NCBI GenBank assembly: GCA_964187785.1
Contig: OZ076409.1
Location: 21,392,001-21,456,000, forward strand
Direction: 5' to 3'
DNA: 64,000 bases
DNA from: Amphiscolops sp. MND2022
Taxonomy: Eukaryota
Every line of letters begins with the position of its first letter. Position 1 is the stretch's first letter. Under the pieces are notes generated by a model. It ran no database searches, was not told the DNA's origin, and saw only the letters and a list, made by a program, of their open reading frames with translations. A program made the translations under genes and the position numbers. Positions 51,110 to 62,419 of this stretch are shown one piece after another.

Positions 51110-51652
51110 TTTTTCAGTCGGCGCATTTTAGTAGAAAATGAGCCCGACTCTTACAGTGGGTTGTTTTTTAGACGCGTACGGTTCACTTCTTTGTTCATTT
51201 GTTCAAGAACTTGATGAACTGAGGAGCTTCAATACACTAAACCTCAGAACCTCGCCAATACAAAAAGAAACAAAACCGACGTCCACAACCTCGAAAACAC
51301 AGTTCGGCTATCTAGGTGTTTTTCACTTCGATTTTTTTCGGCATTATTAGACTATTTTTTTTTTGCAATTTTTTGGATTGCGCCAAAGGGTCCTCCTTCG
51401 TTTGTTTCAATATTTTGCAACACAATGGATGTCAAAAAATCCCAAAGGGTCCTTTTTACATCTTTCGGCACTGTGACACTGTTCAAAAATGTCATTTAAT
51501 TTTTTTTTTAATTTTTTAAAATCTCCCAAGGGTCCCCCTTCATTTTTTTTCATATTTTGCAACCAAGTGGAGTTTCACAAAGCCCAAAGGGTCCCCCTTT
51601 CATAATTTTGAGCCTTAGATATAGCCCCGACTTTGGCCGTTCCCGGCTTGTT
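51110..51652 (+). mobile_element. Family A element, complete
   Basis: AGTCGGCGC start; GAGCCTTAGATATAGCCCCGACT plus GCCG-TTCC-CGGC and TTGTT end. Confidence 0.85.
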
Positions 51653-54414
51653 TCTCATTTCCTCAGTGATTTTTGAAAATGAATTCCTTCCTTTTTCATT
51701 TTTGAACTTTCACAAGGATGTAAAACAGCATATGTGAAAACTTAGATGTCAGAGTTGCATGGATTTCATATCAATCATTTTCTAGGTTTTCGGTAGTTAG
51801 GTGTAAGTAGTTAATTTTGACTTCTTCGTGACGGGCTCCATTCGTGTAATCCTTCGGCTTTTCCTCGAGAAAAGCATGATTTCATCTTATTTGTTTTTCA
51901 TGGGGCATACTTCTAAATCCCCTATGGTTCTGCACCAAACCCTTTGTCTGCGCTGTAGTATACTTGAAACTACGCGCTTCAGGGGTTTCCGGCAATATTG
52001 ATCTGGAATTCAACGAGATTTGCCATTGTTTCTTATCGCAATGAGATTAGTTGTTGACTGGTTGCGCCGTTACTGTGAAGAATGTTTGGTTGATTAATTC
52101 GGCACACTTGCGGAGATTTCACCTGGTGGTGTAAAGTGGCGCCATATTTGCTAATTCCTCGCCAATGGGAAGTGCAATCTTTCAATAAAAGTGGCGATCG
52201 ATTTAATTTCCACACTTTTGTTTGTCTACACAACTGTACTGGTTGTTTTCCGCTACTTTAGTCTATAAACCAGCCCTGAAGACAGGCAGTACAAACTTCC
52301 CGACTCGGTATCCTGAGAATTGACAGAATCGGGAAAAAGCAAAAGAATTATGCCATGAATTCACCAAATATATTACACGACCTTCGCGTTCTACGTAAAA
52401 ACCAGAGTTGATAGTGGTTTACAGTAGGTAGAGCTAACAGTAGAGTTTAAGTGTTTCAAATCCCGCTTAATTAATATCTGACTCGGGAATCTAGCAATTT
52501 CTTTCAACCTGCCGAAAACTCAACTTTGAATACTTCCAAGCCCATCAAAACTGTTTCGACAGCGAAACTTCAGTTGGAATTGTGTGCCACTCGTAGGCTT
52601 ACTGTGTGTTCTTTTGTTTATCCTAGACTGCTGGGGTTCTAAGTGTCTACATGGCGATATATTGGAGGCTTTAGCAGTAATACTTCTTGCTTACTCACTA
52701 CTGTAGTTTCAGTTTGCTAACTTCGCTCCCAACTTATCTCGTATCCGTCGTGTAACTGGTATGTTAACAAGCTTCAAGTGTTGAAATCAAACCTCAAAGC
52801 AGGTGTTTTATTATTCTTCGCTTTTGTGGAATAGACACATATGTTGATAAATTGCTGAAACTTCTTTCTACAAATTTAACGTCTAATTTTTGGGTTTATT
52901 GTGAAATTAACTTCCGCATTTAACACCGATACCTTTTCTCCTCCGGAAATAAATCCTCTTGAATTGCTTCAATTTCCTTTGTATCCTTACAGCGCAAGTC
53001 TTCTCTTTCGAAAAAATACAGATTGCAAGTTTTTCACGCCTGCGAAACAACTTTGACTGTGAAAGTTTCAAATGTACTTTGTGTTGTAAACAATGTAAAC
53101 AGGTTCCCTTGGTGGCTCCTGGGTTTGTTTTCATTTCACTCCTTTTCCCGGAACCCGCTTCCTTATTTGGCAATTGCAGTGGGAAAGTTTTGTTGATGTA
53201 TGAACAGATGTGAGTTGGGCCATAGCATTCACTCTGTTCGTAGTTGACCAGAAAGTGTGAACATTCCGCCGCTTTCCTGCCTGCCGGAAAGGCAACCGCA
53301 ACTTGTGTTTATGCATTACTCAACACCTCAAATTCAGTATCCCCAGGGGTTATATGCTTTATGCATGTACTCATAAAATTTACCATAAACACAGGAACCG
53401 CTTTTGAGATTTTGCTTGCTTTATAGTTGCGCTATATCGTTCACGTAGAACCACCGGGTCTACCAAGAAAGCAACCATCCATTCTACGACCCACAGGTAC
53501 ATATTAAGTTCCCCTATGTTCTTTTTTTGCCGGACTTCGAATACAAATACGTCTTCCAAGAATTTAGCTTTGACTTGAAAGTGGGACACATTTGGTTGGC
53601 ACTGTTGCTTAATTTATGGCATCAAGATCCCCCACATCTCAACTGTGCTGAGGAATAGATGCGATTCCATTTTCCGTGCTAACAGTGAGTGTTCTCGCTG
53701 CAAATCTGGTCTTATCTGTTGGAATTCCCTTGAGTTCAATTCCAACCAAGGCCTCCTTTTTTGCCATTTACTGTTCATCAACTATCATGCTTATTCAGAG
53801 TTATTGTATTACATAATGGAACCGGAATTTGCACCGCATCATCTCTGAAAGTTCACACCATGCACCTTTATTCTTTTTTTTAATTACATCTTAGCCTATT
53901 ATCCTTGACAGTCTTTTCAATACGGCCTTTCAATACATGCAAACCCATCGACCCATTATCTTGAACCACTTTGCGACCCTCTTTTGAAGTCTACTTTCAA
54001 TCTGCCTGTCTCAACCCCCGTCACAAACCCCTAGAATCGTGGAATTTCTGTAGCAGATATTCAAATTAATCGCAATATACAAATCACCTGGGAGAAATTC
54101 TCCACATTCATAAATAAGTCAATACAACAACTACGTGTTTAGTTATCGCTAATACACCTGAAATTTGGCTGCGGTGCCTAAACTGAATTGTGCGTTACAT
54201 TGGCGACGGCGGCTGCTGTTTGTACCTCTGATTTAAATCCCGATTACCTCGATGTGCGGGCTTAGCACCATTTGTAGGTAGCACTTATCACAAATCCCTC
54301 TGGGTCGCCTATTTTACATTACCGTCGGTCACTGTTACTTGCGATTTATCTCGTAATTCAAATTCAACTGGCGCCTCTGTAGTTAGTTTTTTGTTTTTTA
54401 AAAAGAGGGTGAAA

Positions 54415-54832
54415 ATGTTTTCATCACACGTTGTCTACGAAGGTCTTGATACCTTTCTCAAGAGTGGGGGATCTGCAGGGGGTGATAAAAATCCTGGGCT
54501 GTCTGTTTTCCGCAATGGCAACAACTCGGATGATAGCCAATCAACCCTACCTGCTTACGGGTACGCCACTGCAAACAGTTCCCCGGTTGTGGAAACACGT
54601 GTCAGGAGCCGATCTCATGCCAACAAACAGAGAAAAACCGGCAACGGGTTCGCATCTTCGGTCAATGAAGCTGCTTTGTCTGGCGCCAACGACTGTCCCA
54701 CATACGAAGGGGTGTCTGCACTGTCCAGTTTTGGCCGGCCTTTATCCAAGTTATCCACTAACACTAATGTGACGTCATTACTCAACACTCCGGATCACAA
54801 AATGCCCTCCGGCTTCCAGCATTATGAAATGG
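54415..54832 (+). CDS. Probable coding exon (Ser/Gly/Asn-rich, Tyr motifs)
   Basis: 139 codons from AAAATG, GC-richer than the flanks. Phase-1 donor G|GTATTT. Confidence 0.55.
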
Positions 54833-55657
54833 GTATTTATAAATTCGTATGTCCTCGGTTTTAGTAGTATTCATGACGTATGGATTTTACGGACAAACTC
54901 ATAAATTGTTAAAAATAAGCAATAAAATGCGGAGGCAATCTTGCCTCTAACACAATTTGAAAACGAACAATATGATGGTGGTGCCTCAAGTCTTAAGTTC
55001 TAGACAAAAAATATTCCTCAAAGGTTGCGTATAAAGACGTACTAAACAATGCAATGGTTCAACTTCCAAGAATGACCTCTTCCGTAGTGTTTTCAAAATG
55101 CAACTATCGCTAATTTCGTTTGTAATTCGAAGTTTTGAAGATCTTTTTTGTCACGTCAACTCAGCTGAGCATCCTACGAACTCTGTCCTACAATTTTAGT
55201 CCTGTCAGTTAGAATGTTTTAGCAGTAGGTTCAAACGATCCCCTTTAACACATTTTCTAGGTCCATTTCTCTGAAAAATATTTATTACATATACGTGCTG
55301 GATTAACAGAAATTTCGTAGTCGGAAATTTTGTCGTCGGAATCTTCGTCGTCAGAATTTCCGTCTTCGTCGCACTTTAGCTTGCCTATTAAGAACTTTAC
55401 TTGAGTCATTTGAAACGATATAAGTTGAAAATTCGCAAATTCGGCAACGTAAACGTTTGGCAACAAGATGTCAAAAGTTTGCTTAGTTTCATTTTGTTGC
55501 TTGTCAATCATTCAAAACACCATCCATTTTGAGGACATCAGTCAGATTTGGCAGCTATACTTTGAACTTCAATCAATAAATCGCCATCCAAAACCCTAGT
55601 TTTTTTATCAAAGGCAGCTCGAAAACGTATTTGGTACTTTTTGATTGACGGTTCATA

Positions 55658-56780
55658 CTAGTTCAACCAAAAAATGAAACGCACAAAATATTCACTCTTC
55701 AAAATCGTAATATCTGATTTTTCTGAGTTTCTTGGCTTCGAAAAAAGTTGCCGAATTGAATGACTGACAAGCTGGTTTGCAATGTTCATGGTTGTTTTAA
55801 ACATTTGTTGACAAATATTTGATACTTTGAGAGCTCAAACATATTCATGCGTTCCGTTTTTAGTCGGCGCTTTTCGAAGAAAAACGCAGACTATAGTAGT
55901 GACTTCTTTTTTTTTAAAGACCAACGAACTGACAGATTTTATAAATTTTATAAGTTGGTACTAAAACTACACTAACACTAAACTGTGTCACGCTACTTCA
56001 CTGCCACCTGTCCACTACGGCTTTTTCGAGGTCTGACAAGCAGAATGACATGGGTTCGAGTCCCGCCATGACCAAAATTTTTTTGTGCAAATTTTTTTCG
56101 GCTTTGTGAGACTTTTTTCGCAAATATCTCCAAAGGGTCCACCCTTCATTTTTTTTGTCTATTTTGCAAAAGAATGGATGTTAAAAAACTTGCAAAGGGC
56201 CCCATTTTACATGTTTCGGCACTATGCGACTTACGGGAGACCAAAAATTTTTAAAAAATTTCAAAAAAAATCGGAATTTTTTTTTCAATTTTTCCTCAAA
56301 CGGGTACTGTAGAAGAGAATACTTGACACTTTGAAGTCCTTTTGTTATTTTTGAGCCTTAGATATGGCGCCGACTTGGGCCGTTCCCGGCTTGTTTATGG
56401 TTAAACTAGTACTAGGTGAACCAAAAAACAGAACGCACAAAAAATTTTATGCTCTCAAAATGTCAAATATTTGTCAACAAAATGTTTCAAAACAACTTTG
56501 AACGCCGAAATTCAGCTTGTCAATCATTCAATTTGACATTGTTTTCACCCATTTGAGTGTCAAAGAACTTTTACACCTGAAGTGCCAACAAAGTGACTGG
56601 TAATAATGTCTAGACTTTCTCGGAAAGTTTAAAGCATGCTCTGTTGAAGATGTGGTTACGTAATGAAAGCTTTGAATGCTCGACCGAAAAAGTGAATGCT
56701 TAACAGCGAATTGTTTACAAATATTACCATTTTTGAACACTGAAATATTTGTGCGTTCCGTTTTTTTTTGGTTCACGTAG
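55658..56780. mobile_element. Two adjacent Tc1/mariner-like MITEs (55658-56409 and 56412-56780) sharing a TA
   Basis: TA-CTAGTTCAACC...GGTTAAACTAG-TA-CTAGGTGAACC...GGTTCACGTAG-TA, with long inverted arms. Confidence 0.8.
55857..56395 (+). mobile_element. Family A element, complete, inserted in a T run of the MITE; carries a B box
   Basis: AGTCGGCGC (55862-55870)/GCGCCGACT (56367-56375), hairpin 56379-56390, GGTTCGAGTCC at about 56053. Confidence 0.9.
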
Positions 56781-58938
56781 TATCAGACTTACACCTCGTT
56801 TACCTATATTTGGTTCTTGATTTCAGAGAAAAATATTGTCTTCGGATCACCTTGTACTAGTCAATTATTTGGCAATTATAGGTATTAAACGCGCTCAATA
56901 AATTTAGTTCCCTTGTGGAAGATTTTAAACCTACATACATAATGATAATAATTTAATTCATTTAGTGATACATATTACAAATACAAATAGTATACAAACA
57001 GGAACTTCTGACCAAATAAGACCTACCAAGGGCCAATGCCCGCTTAGAAGCCTTCCTTAGAGCAGGTTGCTTCATCATTCTCGCAATCAAAAATCAAATC
57101 ACAGACAGAGTTCGGAGAAATGAAGCGTTTCAATAAGTTTTTCAAAAATGTCAGTTTTTGTATTTGTCTTCTAGTGCATTTCTACTTTAATCTGCACATT
57201 CTACGAAAGTGGCCACCACAAGTCCTAGGTCACTACTATAATTGCTTCTTTTCTAGAAAAATACTTCGTTGTTTTCAAAGCTTATGAAACCACAAAGTAC
57301 CGGAAATTGCCCAGCTTTGAATTTTCGATGAAGTGTGATATTTTTTGAATTTTCAAAACAATTCGTCAAAAAATTTTTTGGGTGGATTGCCGACTTGGGT
57401 CTTTCAAGGCTGCTTTCACTTTTGTGTTCCTCAACTTTTGAAAACTTCAGTTAGCTCTACATTAGTTACGTTTACTAGACAAAAAAAATCAAAAATGTGG
57501 TGCTTGGAATGAATAAATTTTTGCTAAGAAGCTTTGTTTCATGCGTGCACCTTATGTGTAAGCAATCGGCAATTTTGTCCCTTTTAAAAATCGGCTAATC
57601 GTCCAGCTCTCCCGAGAAAATGACAATTTTCATGCTAGAATTTGAATCAATTACCAAAGGTGCTTCGAATCTGTTCTTGCGATTGAAGTGTCAAAGGAAA
57701 ACATAGATTAGACATCGTTCTTTGCAACATATTTGTTCAGTGGCGTCTAGCTTGGAGAAGGATAAAGCTGCGACTGCGATTCAAGTTCCGGAATCAAATT
57801 TGATATACTTTTGATTCGAGTTTATCAATATCCAGTTCTTCAGTGAAAGTATCGTGTTTAATTGTTTCCAAGCTATCATTTATTTATATATATCCTCAAA
57901 TGATTCAAATGAAGCCCCGTTGGCACCGGGGTGAGTTCCATTCTGTCTTCTTTGAAGATATATTTAAAGTTTTTGTTTCTTTTTATTGATTAACTCATAT
58001 TTTTGTTGCTTTTGTTTTTGCTCGTCCGAATCTTTAGTTTTTAAAAAAGCTAAAACAGTATAGAAATTGAACATCAAACATCATAACAGCCCGAAAATAT
58101 ATTTTCTTCCGGTTTCTTGCAATTCAATGGCGAAGTTTCATTACATGATAAGAGCAAAACATCCACCGTTTTTATGAAAGAAAACAACGGTATCGCTGCT
58201 TTTTTGGTACTGAAACAATCGTACAGTCATGTGATCAAAGAATGTAACCCCTGTTTGGTAATGAAGTTGAACGCCTAATGATTTCGTGAATTATTCCAAA
58301 AATTCAAATTTTGCAGTATATGATATAAAAGCAAAAGTCTCTCAGATATTTGTCTAGTCATGAATTTATTCCCAATTGATTTGTTTCAGTGGAGATTGTC
58401 GGTTTTCTTCGGATGCGTAAACATTAAGGGCTTCAACGTTTGACAGTACAATCAGTGGACAGCAATGAATCGGAAAATAAATAAACCCTTAATCAAGGGT
58501 GTTTCTAAATTACGCGAATATCAAAAACTTTATAAATCAAAGTTAGAAACATTGTTCCAAAGGCCAGAGACAAGACTGACCGCCAAAAGGCGTGCGGTTG
58601 TTTATGGATGGTACCACAAATTTCGTGTACTGTTTTTTCAGCGGCCTCGTGCCAAAATCAAATGGTTTCTGTAGATTTTACGCATGTAGATCTCTTTGTG
58701 AGGTCCATCAATTTCTGGAATTTTGTAGGCATTACTGTAAGGCCGTAATATCCTGTTATGAAACGATACGTCCCGGTAGATTTACCTCCAATTATTTGAA
58801 AATTACAATTCTTGTTTTTTGGTTATCTCATGTAACGGTACTTGTCCATAGGCATAAGTCATGCCCACTGACGAATACCAAGCCCCCCTTCCTTTTTGTC
58901 TAGCTTTTCAGCTATCATGTCTCATTATTCTCCAAGTC

Positions 58939-59985
58939 GAACTCATATCAAGCGAAAACTCATGTCAATTTGAAAAAGCGACAACTCGTATCAATTTGAA
59001 AAAGCGACAACTCGTGTCAAACGATTACTCATCCTTAGTCCAGATTGCTTGAACTTTTTACATGCTGCATGGAAACATGCAGGCTAATTTTTTACAAAAC
59101 ATGGAAAATTCCGGGAGCCTGCATGGAAACATTTTCAGGATTAAAATGCAGCCTCCACTATTTGAATTAAAACGGAAAACAATTCCACTTCTTCACCGCC
59201 GCGATCACATTGTTTTCACGCGTAAGTTTCTCAGGTAAGTGCCTTATGTAATCACCGTTAGTCAAGTAGCACGCTGACTATGACGCTACTTTGAGACTTA
59301 TAATGTGACTGGGGTTTTTGCATTAAAATGGCGGTGAAATTGATGAAGGTATCAGCTGCTTTCAAAATTATAACGGCGTCGTAATGAAACCTGCAAAACA
59401 TTGCGGCGCAAAATTGCCGCCAAATTTAGGATGCATTTTATAGGCGGCTTGACAAAATTAAATTGAATCAGTGAAGTTTTAATGCATGGACGTTTCTTTG
59501 AGAATTTTTATAAAATCATGGAAAATTAGCTTGGTAACCTACAAAAACATGTAAAAAGTTCAAGCAGTTCCAACCAGGGATATTAATAAAAACTCATATC
59601 AGAAGAATAAAATCTACCTACTGAAGTTCATTCCAAATTAATCATTAGATCATTAGGGGAAGTTTGTTAGTTGATAAGTAGTTATCAGAAATTATAAACA
59701 GTGCCATGTTTCTACAGTAAATATCAGCGTAATGGATAATCACTTCCTTATCACACCTTTGAGCAAAGCGCATAAAATGCGAAATAATTCCAAATAAACT
59801 TTGGAATTTCTAATTGCAGCAACTTATAAATTGCAGTTGAGGTTGAATTCAAGTGTTTCTAACATATTGGCAAACCTGATATGAGTTGGTGCTTTTCCTG
59901 ATTTGATATGAGTTATCGCTTGGTATGAGTTGTCGCTTTTTCAAATTGATATGAGTTATCGCCTGATATGAGTTGTCGCTATGCC
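58939..59985. mobile_element. Foldback-like element with inverted AACTCATATCA arrays, containing a nested TIR element (59033-59579)
   Basis: The arms are reverse complements. The nested element has a 19-bp inverted repeat TGCTTGAACTTTTTACATG and AT on both flanks. Confidence 0.7.
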
Positions 59986-61315
59986 GAATTTTGTCATTTT
60001 AAACAATGAGGTTGCGATATTTTACAACGCTACTGTAGTTACAGCTGAATCAATCCGCTAATAAAACTTTACCACTTCGATAATTCGCTAAACCGCTAAT
60101 TAGCGTTGTCATAACCCTGGGTAAGATGCTGAATTCAAACTCTGAAACCACTTGTGTTGATTTGAAAACAATTTAGAGTGACGTGATCATGCTTAGCACT
60201 TCTAAGTTAAGTAGCTACTACTCCCTACTGCATTTGTTCAAGAACGGTCATAATTTTTTTCAGTAGTCATTTTCTTCAAGTAGCATGTGCGTTCATTCAT
60301 CTATTTCGTCATCAATACAGTAAGATTTAGCCAGATGACTTGACTGATGAAGACGAGGAGCGACCTAAAAACTAAGTGCTCCATTGGGATCTGCTGGGAA
60401 ATATCATGAAAGCACATGATGCTCTGTGGGAGCCTTTAGTACATCTCAAGAAAAAAAACAAATTTGGTTATAGTCCTCTGCAAGCACTCATGCTTAATTA
60501 GAATTTGGGGTTTTCTAGATATTGTTCGGGTTTCCTTCGAATTTTTTTCTCAATAAAAAGGACTGTCTTTGTTTTTATGTTTTCAGTTGGGACAAAGTTG
60601 CTTCGAGCACAAAGGTCTTCAAATATTATCGGCACCGAGATTTTGAAAAAATTCTATTCAAAAGACTGATCTGTGGGAAGATGGCTTATGCTGATCCCAG
60701 CGTATTAGTAGCTACTACAAGAACTTGCACAATTGAGAATACCAGTGCATCTCTGAAAACAAAGTTATCCAAATTTTTTGGGAAAAGGGGGTTACATTTT
60801 ATTGGACATGACCTTTTTCCCAAAATATTGCACAGTGCAAAAAACCCAAAACATTTGCAAAAAAATACAGCGCAGCGCGGAACTCGATTTCTTAGACACC
60901 TGCGTTCGAGCACCAGTCACAGCACGCACAGACACACGTCCTAACCACTAGTAGTGGAAAGCACTTTTCAGTTTTCCACCAGGATATAGTATTTTCAGGC
61001 AAGTATTGTCGACAGTTTAAAAAAAATTCCCGCACTAAAATCAAGATTTTTCGTATATGAGAAAGAAAAAGAAAACTATAAGAACGTTTAATGTAAGAGA
61101 ACCATATAAAATTTCAAAGATCTTCAAAGATAAATCTTCTAAAGCTCAAAGATAAATAAAGTCGTTTATTCACTTCTAAATCTTGGTAATGAGAAGTCTG
61201 AAAAATCGCACAATGCCCAATAACATTCAGTTCTCCTATCTGAAATCATTTGAGAAATCAATCCCTTTGCAATTTAAAAACATTCAAAAAAAGCGCACAG
61301 TGCATATGGTCTTCA

Positions 61316-61661
61316 GGGAACGTTTATTTAGGCCCGATAAACTGAGGCCCGATAATGAAATGTTATCTGAGGCCCAAAAATTTGTTCATCGAACTTTTTA
61401 TAACGTAGTCAGCTATATTCACATATCCCTAGTGCCCTAAATGCAGGAGCGAAGCGAAGCGGAGTGACGTGCCATATGGCCATGCCTCAATGTTGCTACT
61501 TGGCGAAGGGAGCGAAGCGACCGAGCCATACAACAAATATGCTAACCTCTTCAGATAAATTAAGTTAAATACATATTAGCTGATATAATATCTGACGCTA
61601 ATAGTCACCAAATTGATCGGGCCTCAAATTACACTATCTTCGGGCCTCAAATATGCTACCC
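61316..61661. mobile_element. MITE with GGG/CCC ends and AGGCCCGA subrepeats, carrying core B in reverse
   Basis: Flanks GGTCTTCA/GGTCTACA (7 of 8). 61388-61541 closely matches the reverse complement of about 14022-14172. Confidence 0.85.
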
Positions 61662-61689
61662 GGTCTACATATGGTTTTGAAGATGGAGT

Positions 61690-62419
61690 AAAAAGACGGG
61701 AACGTCTAAAGTCGGCGCTATATCTAAGGCTCAAAAAGCGCAGTTTTTAAAATATGGGAAGGACGTTTTCATGAAAAACTGTTTTCGAACCTCCGCCTCC
61801 TCCTTACTAAAACGCAATATAGTTCGGATATAACATTAAAAGTTCGGATATAGCGCTTCACTTCGGATATTACGAGGGGGGACTTCAATAAAATCGAAGG
61901 GGGACCCTTTGGAGACAACAAATTCAATTGTTTCTACATTCGTTATATTTCAACTAGACGGGAACGTCTCACTCAAGTCGGCGCCTCACTTAAGGCTAAA
62001 CAACGCCAAGTTGTTGAAACTCTTGCTTTTTCAAAGTAAAATGTCACAGAGTGCAAAAAAACACCCAAAGGAAGCATTTCGTGCTCGGAAGGCGCTTTCC
62101 TATAACTAAAAACATCAAAAAAGCACAATTGGGTGATGTTTCTAAATGTCTCACAGTGCCGGAAAAACCCTAATGGGGAACCTTTTGGTTTCAAGTAGTT
62201 TCGATGTTACGGTAAACACTAAGAACAATTCATGATACTATGAGGTAGGACACTTCAGAGTCTGAAGTTCAGACTCCTTGGGCTACTTGGGTACCCTTAG
62301 AACCCCTTGGGCACCCCTTAGAACTTAGGCCTAAAGTGTGTAAAATTTGGACCATTCAATGTGAGGTCTGTGGTCTGACGAAAAAAAACTTGCCACTTTA
62401 CAAAAAGCGCCGACTAAAA
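61690..62419 (-). mobile_element. Two family A elements (3' part 61690-~61925; complete copy 61952-62419)
   Basis: AGACGGGAACGTCT...AGTCGGCGC 3' ends at 61694 and 61956; GCGCCGACTAAAA 5' end at 62407-62419. Confidence 0.8.

Noticed and set aside
52200..53900. Slightly GC-richer region with several short overlapping ORFs
   Set aside because: No recognisable motif on either strand. It may be an old TE relic or UTR, but this cannot be supported.
55257..55511. Acidic ORF (DEDGNSDDEDSDD) as a gene
   Set aside because: It arises from a degenerate ~15-bp repeat and has no convincing splice or homology support.
58939..59985. Short spaced repeats (also 9364-9460 and 22985-23108) as CRISPR arrays
   Set aside because: The context is eukaryotic, the repeats occur in inverted arms without unique regular spacers, and there are no cas genes.
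60340..60375. CTGATGA here (and CTGAAGA at about 17905, 21537 and 52276) as hammerhead cores
   Set aside because: None has a stem II followed by GAAA and a cleavage triplet. The 21537 site is CRE-like coding sequence.
60875..60957. Further tRNA-like cassette on the minus strand
   Set aside because: The boxes are too degenerate and no family termini were found nearby.
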